Assembly: GCA_051418015.1 (NCBI GenBank)
Contig: JBPRGF010000017.1
Location: 128,001 to 192,000, forward strand
Origin: Candidatus Nitrospinota bacterium M3_3B_026
GTDB taxonomy: Bacteria; Nitrospinota_A; UBA7883; JBPRGF01
DNA length: 64,000 bases
Reading direction: 5' to 3'
Shown: in pieces, positions 55,369 to 64,000 of the stretch
How positions within the stretch are numbered: position 1 is the first letter of the stretch
Layout of the letters: each line of letters starts with the position of its first letter
Position numbers and translations under genes: made by a program
The notes under the pieces: model-generated
What the model was told of the DNA's origin: nothing
Databases searched by the model: none
The model's input: only the letters and a program-made list of their open reading frames with translations

Positions 55369-57705
55369 TCACCCCCCAAGAATAACCACCGTCACGCCGT
55401 CCCCGCCTTCACGCTGATCCGCGGGGTAAAACTCAGCCACATAGGGCGAACCCGACAGATACTCCCTGACCGCCGCCCTCAGCGCTCCTGCCCCTTTTCC
55501 GTGTATGATCCGCGCCCGCTCCATCCCGGCTCTCATGGCCTCGTCAAGGAACTTTTCCACTCTCTCGACGGCCTCCTCGGCCCTGGCGCCGCGGATGTCG
55601 ATCCGGCCAGACGGTCTTTCACTCTCGGATAAGGCGACGGCGGCGATGCGCGCCGCCGTCTGTGGGGGTTTTTCCTCCGCCCTTTCCAGCCCTACGAGGT
55701 TGTCCAACTCGAGGGTGACGCGCATCGTTCCGAAAGCGACCTCCGCCCTCCCATCAGCCGGGTCGGCCGCCAACCTGCCGCGCCGTTCCAGGGGAACGAC
55801 GTATACCTCGTCTCCCTCCCTCAACTCGGTCCCGGATATCCGCTCCTCTGGCGCGGCGGCCTCTTTTGCCTCGGCATTCAGCCTGTCCAGCCTTTCCCTG
55901 GCGCGGCGGGCGGTCTTTTTCCTGTCCTCGGCGCTCTTGACCTCCTCCACCAGCTTCGATATCCGCTCCCTGGCCGCGGCGATGTCGGAAGAGAGTTTGC
56001 GTCTTGCGGTCCGGGCCAGCTCTCCCTTCTTCTCCGCCGCCTCGTCGCGTATCCTCTGAGCCTCCTCCCGCAGGCCGCGCGCCTCTTCCAGGGCGGCCTC
56101 GGCCTGCCGACGGGCACGCTCCATCTCCGTCCTCTGTCTGGCAAGGTCCTCCAGTATCATCTCGATCCGCTCGTCGCCTCCCTCCAGCCGGGTTCTGGCG
56201 GCAGCGACTATCTCAGCGTCCATCCCCAGCCTCTCCGCGACGGCGAGGGCCGAGCTTTCGCCCGGGGCGCCGCTTATCATCCTGTACGTCGGCATGGCCG
56301 CGGCCTTGTCGAACTCCATGGAGACGTTGTGATAAAGGGGCTGGGACTGGGCAAGGAGCTTAAGCTCGCTGAAATGGGTGGTGACGACGACATCGGCTCC
56401 TCTCTCCACCAGCCGGTCGAGAACCGCTATCGCCAGAGCGCTTCCCTCCCTGGGATCGGTGCTGACCATCAGCTCATCGAGCAGCGCAAGCGACCCCGGC
56501 CCGGCTTTTTCCAGTATCTCGTTTATCATAACCAGGTGGGCCGAAAAGGTGGAAAGGTCGTCGGCTATTGACTGGCTGTCGCCTATGTCGGCGTAAACTC
56601 CTGCGTAAAATGGCACGGCGGAGCCTTCCGCGGCGGGGATGAAAAGCCCCATTCGCGCCATGAGCGCCATTAGGCCTATGGTCTTCAAGGCCACTGTCTT
56701 GCCGCCGGTGTTCGGGCCCGATATCATGAGCCCCCGCGCGCCTTCGGGGATGGCCATGTCGTTGGCCACAGCTTCCTTGCCCTCAAGGGCCATGACGGGA
56801 CTCACTGCGTTTTTCAGGTCGAGCCGCAGGCCGAAGACGGGGCGGGAGCCGCCGATGTCTTTGGCCAGGCGGGCGCGGGAGGATATCAAGTCCAGCCGCG
56901 TCACGGCGTGATAGATATCCTCCACGGGGCCGGCCTCTTCCCCCACCATCCGCGAAAGGTCAAGCAGAAGCTTCTCGATCTCGTCGGCCAGCCTCATCTC
57001 CTGCGTCCTCAGGCGGTTGTTGAGATCCACGAGGGCCTTTGGCTCTATGAAAAAGGTCTGGCCTGAGTTCGACGAATCGTGGACGATGCCCTCCACGTGG
57101 GATTTGTGTTCGGCCTTTATGGGCAGGACGAAGCGATTCTCCCGGAGCGTCACGTACTCGTCCTGCAGCATGTCCTGAAAATTTTTGAGCATCGCCTCGG
57201 CCTTCTCGCGGATCAGGCGGTGTAGCGAGCGCGCGGCCCGGCTGAGCTTCTCGATTTGCGGTGTGGCGTCGGGCTTTACCGCTCCGTCCTCGTCTATCGC
57301 CTCGTCGATGACCTCGCCCAGGCCGTGCACGGAGGGGATGTCAGTCCAAAGGGGATGCCCTTCAGCCACCACCTCCGCCTCGAAGACCGCGCTGATCTTC
57401 TCCGCCGTCTTGAGCAGCGGGACGAAGAGCCTCAGCTCCTCGCCGGTGAGCGCATGGGCCTTGCGGGCTCGCTCAAGCAGGGGCAGAACGTTTTCGAACG
57501 GCTCGAAGCCGAAGTCGGGCCGTTTTTCCATCAGCGCGGTCATCGCCCCGGTCTCGTCCAGCGCCCGCTCGGCTTCGGCCCTGCTCACCGCGGGCGCGAG
57601 CTTTCCCACCAGCTCCTTTCCTCCGGCCGACGCGGCGCGGGCTTCGATGGCGGAGATAATCTCATCCAGCCCCAACGCGGCTTCGGGGGATTTAAACCTG
57701 GTCAT
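55369..57705 (-). CDS. mutS2: MutS2 (with Smr domain)
   Basis: SGPNTGGKT, LSTFSAH, LLDEL, TTHF, IIHGKG.G.LR. Confidence 0.93.
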   Translation of the reverse strand: MTRFKSPEAALGLDEIISAIEARAASAGGKELVGKLAPAVSRAEAERALDETGAMTALMEKRPDFGFEPFENVLPLLERARKAHALTGEELRLFVPLLKTAEKISAVFEAEVVAEGHPLWTDIPSVHGLGEVIDEAIDEDGAVKPDATPQIEKLSRAARSLHRLIREKAEAMLKNFQDMLQDEYVTLRENRFVLPIKAEHKSHVEGIVHDSSNSGQTFFIEPKALVDLNNRLRTQEMRLADEIEKLLLDLSRMVGEEAGPVEDIYHAVTRLDLISSRARLAKDIGGSRPVFGLRLDLKNAVSPVMALEGKEAVANDMAIPEGARGLMISGPNTGGKTVALKTIGLMALMARMGLFIPAAEGSAVPFYAGVYADIGDSQSIADDLSTFSAHLVMINEILEKAGPGSLALLDELMVSTDPREGSALAIAVLDRLVERGADVVVTTHFSELKLLAQSQPLYHNVSMEFDKAAAMPTYRMISGAPGESSALAVAERLGMDAEIVAAARTRLEGGDERIEMILEDLARQRTEMERARRQAEAALEEARGLREEAQRIRDEAAEKKGELARTARRKLSSDIAAARERISKLVEEVKSAEDRKKTARRARERLDRLNAEAKEAAAPEERISGTELREGDEVYVVPLERRGRLAADPADGRAEVAFGTMRVTLELDNLVGLERAEEKPPQTAARIAAVALSESERPSGRIDIRGARAEEAVERVEKFLDEAMRAGMERARIIHGKGAGALRAAVREYLSGSPYVAEFYPADQREGGDGVTVVILGG

Positions 57706-57883
57706 CGCCGTCCGGGCCCTCCTCCTTCTCCTTCCTGGCTCTGGCCCGCGCCTCCATGCGCTTTGCGGTCATCTTTTTTTTGTACATGTTCTCCCCCCAC
57801 GTGTACCAGTTCGCCCACCGGGTAATCAAAGCCGCAACGACGGCCCCGAGGACAAGTATCAGCGGTATCAGGTATTTTTCCAT
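57692..57883 (-). CDS. Small membrane protein
   Basis: N-terminal TM, basic tail, overlaps mutS2 start. Confidence 0.5.
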   Translation of the reverse strand: MEKYLIPLILVLGAVVAALITRWANWYTWGENMYKKKMTAKRMEARARARKEKEEGPDGDDQV

Positions 57884-57892
57884 GCGGCCGGT

Positions 57893-59191
57893 TTACTGAA
57901 GGTTGATCTTCGTCATGATCCCGCGCTCGGGTTTTCTCCGTTTCCTTATAAGATAAAGTGAACCCTTGTCCGTCATGGCCTCCGCAGGGGCGGGGTGGGA
58001 GAGAAAATAGACCATGCCCGCAGTGTAGCCGTAGGCGCCGGAGTTGAACACTCCCAGAAGGTCGCCGACTTCCGGCTCCGGCAGCCTGAGATTCCTTGAA
58101 AACTGGTCCGCCGACGCGCACAGGGGCCCCGCCACGGTGACCTCCGCCGTCCTGCGCCTGTCCATCTTGTTCAGGATGGCGGAGGGATAGTTTTTGTTCA
58201 ACACGATGGGGATGAGGGCATGGTGGACGCCACCGTCGGTTATCACGTACCGGCGGCCCATGGACGTTTTCACGTCCGTCACGCGGGTTACGTATATCCC
58301 CGAAGGGCCAACGAGGTATCGGCCGGGCTCGACCAGGAATCTTGTGTCTTTGAAAAACGCGGAACCTGAAAGGTCCTTTCTGATCTCCGCGAGGGATCGC
58401 CCCAGCTTTTTCACGTCGAGCTCGGGCTCTGAGTCCCGGAACGGTATCCCGAGCCCACCGCCAAAGTTGAGGCTTTTCACCGGAATCCTCATATCCTCCG
58501 CGAAGCCTTTCGCCCACGCGGCGAAACGGCGATGGGCTGCCGCCAGCGTCCCAGCTGAGGTTATCTGCGTGCCAGCGAAAAAGTGGAACCCCGCGAAGTC
58601 CACCACACCGCTGTCCACCGCCCTTCGCGCAAGAGGAGCCAGTTGGGCGGCGTCCACGCCGAACTTGCGCGCGCCGCCTGTCATTATCTCCCCCTTCGCG
58701 CCGGGGAGGGCGTCGAGGTTCACCCTGAATGATATCCTGACGGGCCCGCTGGCTCTGGTTTTTTTCAGCCGTCCGGCAAGACTTAAAACCCTGTCCAGCT
58801 CCGCGGCGGACTCCACGTTTATTGAGCCTATCCTTTCCCTCACGGCGAGCCTCAGTTCGTCCTCGCTCTTGCCCGGCCCGGCGAAGACGATCCGTCCGGC
58901 GGGGAACCCGGCGGCGAGGGCGGTCTTAAGCTCGTGGGCGGAGGCCGCCTCGGCCCCGGCGCCCATCAGGCGGAAGACCCTTGCAACGGACACGTTGGGG
59001 TTGGCTTTCAGGGAATAATGGATATGGACGCCCTCCGGCAGGGCCGCCTTTAGCTTTTCGTATTGGAGGCGCATGATCGCCGCGTCATATATATAGAAGG
59101 GAGTCTTCAACTTGCGGGCGATCTCGCCTATGGGAAAACCGCCGACCTCGAGCGAGCCCTTATCGGCGGCGAAAAGCCTTATCGGGTCCAC
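57893..59191 (-). CDS. lysA: PLP-dependent decarboxylase, diaminopimelate decarboxylase family
   Basis: YSLKAN, GPGK, KFG, NFGGG, EPGRY, GPLC, GAYG; substrate not certain. Confidence 0.72.
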   Translation of the reverse strand: MDPIRLFAADKGSLEVGGFPIGEIARKLKTPFYIYDAAIMRLQYEKLKAALPEGVHIHYSLKANPNVSVARVFRLMGAGAEAASAHELKTALAAGFPAGRIVFAGPGKSEDELRLAVRERIGSINVESAAELDRVLSLAGRLKKTRASGPVRISFRVNLDALPGAKGEIMTGGARKFGVDAAQLAPLARRAVDSGVVDFAGFHFFAGTQITSAGTLAAAHRRFAAWAKGFAEDMRIPVKSLNFGGGLGIPFRDSEPELDVKKLGRSLAEIRKDLSGSAFFKDTRFLVEPGRYLVGPSGIYVTRVTDVKTSMGRRYVITDGGVHHALIPIVLNKNYPSAILNKMDRRRTAEVTVAGPLCASADQFSRNLRLPEPEVGDLLGVFNSGAYGYTAGMVYFLSHPAPAEAMTDKGSLYLIRKRRKPERGIMTKINLQ

Positions 59192-59198
59192 GGCGGCT

Positions 59199-60140
59199 TC
59201 AGGGAGCCTCCGGCGCCGCCCCGAAGACAAGCTCGTCCATCCGCTCCACCAGTTTGTCCACATCCGGCTTCGCGACGAGGCCAGCGGCGCCCTGGCCGGC
59301 CCATTTTCTCTCGTTCGCCTCATCCGCCATGGAAGAGAAGATGACTATGGGGATGTCCTGCAGCAAAGGGATCTCGCGGATTTTCTTTATCAGGGTCTGT
59401 CCGTCCATCCTGGGCATCTCCACGTCCGTCACAACGACGTTGAGGTATCTGCGGATGTCGATATTTTTCGTCTCCGCCTCCCGGGCCACCCACTGGAGTC
59501 TTTCCAGCGCCTCCCGTCCGTCGCCCGCGGTGAAGACGCGGTAACCGGCGCCGGAGAGTATCCGCGCCATCCGGTCCCGTATGAAAGGGGAGTCCTCGGC
59601 TACAAAGACCGTGGCCGATCCACGCCGTTCCCGCTCCGGCGCGGCTTTCCGCGTCCTCAAGCCGGTGGCGGGGTTGATTTTCGAGACTATTCTTTCGAAG
59701 TCGAGCAGCATGAGGTCGCCTCCCGGGGTTTTCGCCACGCCGGTCACGTATTGGAAGTCCGACTCGCGGATCAGCCCCGAAGGGGGCTCCACCATATCCC
59801 AGGAGATGGAGTGAATGCGCGTCGCCTCGCGCACCAGGAACCCGATGAGAAGCCTGCTGAACTCTGCCAATATGATCCTGCGCTTCTCGGCCTCATCGGC
59901 TTTTCCTCCCATCCATTCCGCAAGGTCGACGACGGGGACGTTCTCGTCTCTTGCGCGGACCATTCCGATGATCGCGGGGTGGGCGTTCGGCAGTTCCGCG
60001 AACGTCTCCGGCCTGGCCATGACCTCCACGGTCTTGGCCAAGTTGATCCCATAGGCGCCGCCCGCTCCGGCCGGGCCCACGGTGAACTCCAGTAGCTTCA
60101 GCTCCTCTGTCCTTGTCTTCTCTCCGGCCGCTGCTCGCAT
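59199..60140 (-). CDS. cheV: CheV (CheW + receiver)
   Basis: YGINLAK..E, VAEDS, VTDVEMPRMDG, FSS. Confidence 0.88.
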   Translation of the reverse strand: MRAAAGEKTRTEELKLLEFTVGPAGAGGAYGINLAKTVEVMARPETFAELPNAHPAIIGMVRARDENVPVVDLAEWMGGKADEAEKRRIILAEFSRLLIGFLVREATRIHSISWDMVEPPSGLIRESDFQYVTGVAKTPGGDLMLLDFERIVSKINPATGLRTRKAAPERERRGSATVFVAEDSPFIRDRMARILSGAGYRVFTAGDGREALERLQWVAREAETKNIDIRRYLNVVVTDVEMPRMDGQTLIKKIREIPLLQDIPIVIFSSMADEANERKWAGQGAAGLVAKPDVDKLVERMDELVFGAAPEAP

Positions 60141-60167
60141 CTTCCACGGTATGTTGTCCTGAAACTA

Positions 60168-60809
60168 CTATAGCACACCCTCTCCGCGCTCCGCGCCGGC
60201 CTCCCGCGCTCTGAAAACCTCCGTCTTCAGCGTCAGGGTCCTGGCCAGTCTTTTGAGAAAACGGGCGCCGTACCCTTCCATGAACCGCTCAGCCCGCGAG
60301 CTTCCGAAGGCGGCGACGCCTATCACCCTGTCGCCGTTGTTAAGCGGCGCCAGCGCCTCCGACCGCACCCTGGCGGCCAGAGCGCCGGGGAAGAACGCGC
60401 CGGTCCCCCTTCGCAGGCCTCCCCGTATGACAGGCTCGGCGGGGTTCTTGAAATACGCGGCCATCGCCTCCGGCTCGGAGAAGCGCACTCGGTCCGACCC
60501 GAGATAGAACTTCCTGCCGTCATCGTGATAGCCATCGGGGTAGCTTCCCTGGAAGGGCTTTTCCAGCGTAACGGTTATGACATCTATCTCAAAAATCCGC
60601 TGTCCCTGTATGATGAGGGTGTCGAACATCTCCTTCAGGGACGGCGCGTGGAAGACAAGGTCCTCCATCCGGTCCATCCTCCTTTGCGTCTTCTCGTTTT
60701 CAGACGAGCAGGAGACCACCAGGCGGAGGTTTTTCCTCAAAAGGGAGTTGTAGTGGCGAAGCTGCTTGTTGGTAACCTTCATCGACCTGGAGGCCAGATC
60801 CTTTCTCAT
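60168..60809 (-). CDS. DUF484-like GAF protein
   Basis: VRSEALAPL...AFGSS.AERF..G.G..FL. Confidence 0.7.
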   Translation of the reverse strand: MRKDLASRSMKVTNKQLRHYNSLLRKNLRLVVSCSSENEKTQRRMDRMEDLVFHAPSLKEMFDTLIIQGQRIFEIDVITVTLEKPFQGSYPDGYHDDGRKFYLGSDRVRFSEPEAMAAYFKNPAEPVIRGGLRRGTGAFFPGALAARVRSEALAPLNNGDRVIGVAAFGSSRAERFMEGYGARFLKRLARTLTLKTEVFRAREAGAERGEGVL

Positions 60810-60832
60810 CGCTTTCGCTCCTTTAGCTCTCG

Positions 60833-62080
60833 TCAGTCCGCCTGCTTGCGGATGAAGGTCGGGATGTCCAGGTCGTCGTCGAAGTAGCTCGGCTCACCGT
60901 TGACGGTCTTCAGGACGGGCCGCCTCGGCGCGTCGTTCTGCCGGTCGTCCACAGCGGGACGCGCCTCGTCCATCCCCATCTTCCTGCTGACGATGGACCG
61001 TATCTTCTCGCTGCGGACGGGGCCGATTTTCTCCTCCACGACTCTCATCTCGTCGGCGCGTTTTATCTCCCGCGCGCTCCTGAAGCCCGTGGCTATAACG
61101 GTGACGCTTACCTTCTCGCCCATGGACTCGTCGATCACCGCGCCGAAGAAGACCTCCGCGTCCGGCTCGGCGGCCTCGGTGACGAGGGTGGCCGCCTCGT
61201 TTATCTCGTGCAGGGTCAGGTCCGGCCCGCCCGTCACGTTTATGAGCAGCCCCTTGGCGCCGTCGATGGAGGAGTCCTCCAGCAGCGGGCTGTTTATGGC
61301 GTTCTGGGCGGCGTCCACGGCGCGGTTGTCGCCCGTGCCAACGCCCGCGCCCATGAGGGCCATCCCCCGGGCGCTCATGACACTCTGCACGTCGGCGAAG
61401 TCGAGGTTCACTATCCCCGTGACGGTGATGAGCTCGGATATGCCCTTGACCGCCTTGAGCAGCACGCCGTCGGCTATCTCGAACGCCTTGGAGAAGGGGG
61501 TGTTCTTGCCCACGTATCCTAAAAGCTGCTGATTGGGGATCGTTATAAGCGTGTCCACGCTTTTCCTGAACTCGATCAGGCCGCTTTCGGCGTTCTCCAG
61601 CCTTTTCCTGCCCTCGAAAGAGAAGGGCTTTGTCACCACGCCCACGGTGAGCGCCCCCATCTCCTTGGCGAGGGACGCTATGACAGGCGCCGCGCCCGTG
61701 CCCGTGCCGCCGCCCATGCCGGCGGTGACGAAGACCATGTCCGCGCCCTCGAGGAAGGCTTTTATGGAGTCGGCGTCGTCCACGGCGGCGGCTCTCCCGA
61801 TCTCCGGCCTGCCTCCGGCGCCGAGGCCCTTGGTGCGCTTCCTGCCCAGCTGGAGCTTCCGCGGGATCGGGGAGACGCGAAGCGCCTGAGCGTCGGTGTT
61901 GGCCACGATGAACTCGACGCCGGTTATCCCCTGCTCGAACATGGTGCACACGGCGTTTCCGCCGCCCCCTCCAGCGCCTATCACCTTTATAGTGGCGTTG
62001 AAGTTCTCCTCTTCATTCTCGTCGAGATAGTCGAAGAATATCTGATCGTCGTCTACCTCTTTGAACTCGTTTTCGCTCAT
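60833..62080 (-). CDS. ftsZ: Cell division protein FtsZ
   Basis: [25 protein letters not shown]. Confidence 0.98.
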   Translation of the reverse strand: MSENEFKEVDDDQIFFDYLDENEEENFNATIKVIGAGGGGGNAVCTMFEQGITGVEFIVANTDAQALRVSPIPRKLQLGRKRTKGLGAGGRPEIGRAAAVDDADSIKAFLEGADMVFVTAGMGGGTGTGAAPVIASLAKEMGALTVGVVTKPFSFEGRKRLENAESGLIEFRKSVDTLITIPNQQLLGYVGKNTPFSKAFEIADGVLLKAVKGISELITVTGIVNLDFADVQSVMSARGMALMGAGVGTGDNRAVDAAQNAINSPLLEDSSIDGAKGLLINVTGGPDLTLHEINEAATLVTEAAEPDAEVFFGAVIDESMGEKVSVTVIATGFRSAREIKRADEMRVVEEKIGPVRSEKIRSIVSRKMGMDEARPAVDDRQNDAPRRPVLKTVNGEPSYFDDDLDIPTFIRKQAD

Positions 62081-62138
62081 TTTGTCCTCCCTGTCATAAC
62101 TCCAAGAACTTGCGGATTCCCTCGAAGAGCCCTTCCGC

Positions 62139-63368
62139 TCAGAAGAACTCCGTTATCCACCCCTTCATCCTGTTCAGGATCTTGTCGAACATGTTCCTCC
62201 CTTTCAACGCGCGGCGTCTGCCGGACTTCTGTGTCTTCAGCCCGTACTGCAGAAGCCCTACGGCGGTGGCGTACTGCGGGCTGTTCACGAGGTCCATCAG
62301 GCCGTTGACCCTGGTGGGGACGCCGCGGCGGACGGGCAGGTCGAATATCGCCTCGGCCATCTCCGGCATCCCCTCCATGATCGACGTCCCGCCTGTTATG
62401 ACCAGGCCGGAGGCGAGCTGGCCGGCGTAGCCGGAAAGCTCGATCTCGTGTTTTATCAGCATGAAAATCTCCCCCACCCGGGGCTCAACTATGTCCGCCA
62501 GTGTCTTGCGCGACAGTTTCCTGGATTCCCTGCCGCCGACGCCGGGGACCTCTATCATCTCGTCGTCGGAGACCATGGCGGTGGTGGCGCAACCGTACAT
62601 GCGCTTGATCTTTTCCGCCTCGTGGTTCGGAGTGCGCAGGCCGATGGCTATGTCATTGGTAATGTTGTTTCCGCCCAGGGCCACAACGGAGGTGTCCTTG
62701 ATGGCGCCTCTCGAAAAAATGGCGATGTCGCAGGTCCCGCCGCCCATGTCGATGAGACCGGTCCCGAGCTCCCTCTCATCATTGTCCAGGGTGGCCTCGG
62801 CAGAGGCGAGCTGCTCGACGATTATGTCGTTCACCTCCAGCCCAGCGCGGTTCACCGACCGGACGATGTTCTGGGCGGAGGTGACAGCGCCGTGGATGAT
62901 ATGCACTTTCGCCTCCAGCCGTACCCCGTTCATCCCCACCGGCCGCAGGATCCCGTCCTGATCGTCCACGATGAACTCCTGCGGCAGGACGTGAATCACC
63001 TCCCTGTCCATGGGGATGTTCACCGCCTTTGCCGCGTCCACCACCCGCTCCACATCCTGCGGGGTCACTTCGGAGCCTTTCACGGCGATAATACCGTGGC
63101 TGTTCAGGCCCTTGATGTGCCCCCCCGCGATGCCGACGAAGACGGACTCTATCTCCGTCCCGGCCATCGTCTCCGCCTCCTCCACGGCGTTCTTGATCGA
63201 CTCCACGGTGGCCTCGATATTGACAACAACCCCCTTCCTGAGACCCAACGACGGGTGCGAGCCGAGGCCTATTATGTCGATCTCGTCCCCGCCCGTCTCG
63301 GCTATGACGCAGCATATCTTCGTCGTGCCGATGTCGAGCCCGACTATTAGCTCTTTATCCCTGGGCAT
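62139..63368 (-). CDS. ftsA: Cell division protein FtsA
   Basis: [22 protein letters not shown] tail. Confidence 0.97.
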   Translation of the reverse strand: MPRDKELIVGLDIGTTKICCVIAETGGDEIDIIGLGSHPSLGLRKGVVVNIEATVESIKNAVEEAETMAGTEIESVFVGIAGGHIKGLNSHGIIAVKGSEVTPQDVERVVDAAKAVNIPMDREVIHVLPQEFIVDDQDGILRPVGMNGVRLEAKVHIIHGAVTSAQNIVRSVNRAGLEVNDIIVEQLASAEATLDNDERELGTGLIDMGGGTCDIAIFSRGAIKDTSVVALGGNNITNDIAIGLRTPNHEAEKIKRMYGCATTAMVSDDEMIEVPGVGGRESRKLSRKTLADIVEPRVGEIFMLIKHEIELSGYAGQLASGLVITGGTSIMEGMPEMAEAIFDLPVRRGVPTRVNGLMDLVNSPQYATAVGLLQYGLKTQKSGRRRALKGRNMFDKILNRMKGWITEFF

Positions 63369-63382
63369 GATCGCTCACCTCC

Positions 63383-64000
63383 TTATCCGGCCTGCGCGCC
63401 GGGATACGTTACTATCACCTTGTCCGCGAACATCAGGCTGATGGACAGCGGCCGGGTCTCCTTTTTCCTCAGGATGTGATCCACGACCAGCAGCCTCTCC
63501 GCCTCGTCGGCCCACGGCCCCCGCGGCGCGACAACCCGCGCCTCCGTCCCTTTGAACAGGATCGTCATCCTGTCCGGGCGCGACACGTCCACGCCCGCGA
63601 CCGGGTTTTTCCCGAACAGCCTGAAGCCCTCCAGGCGCCCCATGGCCGCCAGGGCCGCCTTCACCGTGGAGGAGTCCGCGGCGGCGCCGGGCCTTGGGCC
63701 TCCCTCCGGCGGCCTCAACCCGCTTATGACGGGGAACCCCCATGTCTCGTCTTCCGGCTTTTTCGTAAGGAGAACACCCTCGCCGTCCATCAGCCAGCCG
63801 CCGCCGAAAGCAGCCACAACCGCGGGGCGGCGCTCCACGACGTCGACGGCCAGCGTGGAAGGCAGGCGCCTTCGTATGTTCACGCTCTTTATCCAGGGGC
63901 GGCTCCGCATCCTCTCCCCTATCGCCTCGATGTCGACGTCGAACGAGTTCTCGCCAATGACAGGCCCCACGAGGTCCCTCACGTACTTTTCGCTAAGGAG
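63383..64000 (-). CDS. ftsQ: FtsQ/DivIB (5' truncated by window)
   Basis: PWIKSV.IRR.LP.TL.V.V.ER.P; upstream of ftsA. Confidence 0.85.
   Translation of the reverse strand, partial: LLSEKYVRDLVGPVIGENSFDVDIEAIGERMRSRPWIKSVNIRRRLPSTLAVDVVERRPAVVAAFGGGWLMDGEGVLLTKKPEDETWGFPVISGLRPPEGGPRPGAAADSSTVKAALAAMGRLEGFRLFGKNPVAGVDVSRPDRMTILFKGTEARVVAPRGPWADEAERLLVVDHILRKKETRPLSISLMFADKVIVTYPGAQAG

Noticed and set aside
55369..64000. Chromosomal flank
   Set aside because: Ordinary housekeeping genes; host taxon cannot be assigned reliably by eye

Overview
Positions 1-55234 are the right-hand ~55 kb of a high-GC, F-type (MPF_F) integrative conjugative element (ICE) with a MOB_H relaxase; its left end lies outside the window. 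It ends in a tyrosine integrase and a 30-bp copy of the 3' end of tRNA-Sec (att site). Positions 55369-64000 are ordinary chromosome (mutS2, lysA-like, cheV, DUF484-like, ftsZ-ftsA-ftsQ). The ICE carries, in order: the end of a primase/helicase-like gene with a TCCATCA iteron cluster; a Mom/GNAT-like::sigma-like fusion; parMR; a tra operon (traALEKBVC, split traN, traWU, trbC, trhF, traF, traH, traG) with a putative exclusion cassette; a leading-region-like block; a Panacea TA pair; IS21 scars; a lower-GC defence cassette; and a leftward operon (TSP3-LRR lipoprotein, ssb, SLT, NusA paralogue, traD, traI, HD-GYP, resolvase). Three observations stand out. (1) A family of structured non-coding elements with compensatory changes (two ~310-nt copies, two partial copies) precedes leading-region genes, including a SWIM-amidoligase/class-II GATase pair. 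(2) A divergent pyrimidine-nucleoside-phosphorylase-like gene is coupled to a 1224-aa kinase-ATPase-CARF-like protein, a candidate undescribed defence system. (3) A 37-45 bp promoter box heads all three transfer/partition operons. All calls are by-eye motif recognition; no database searches were run.
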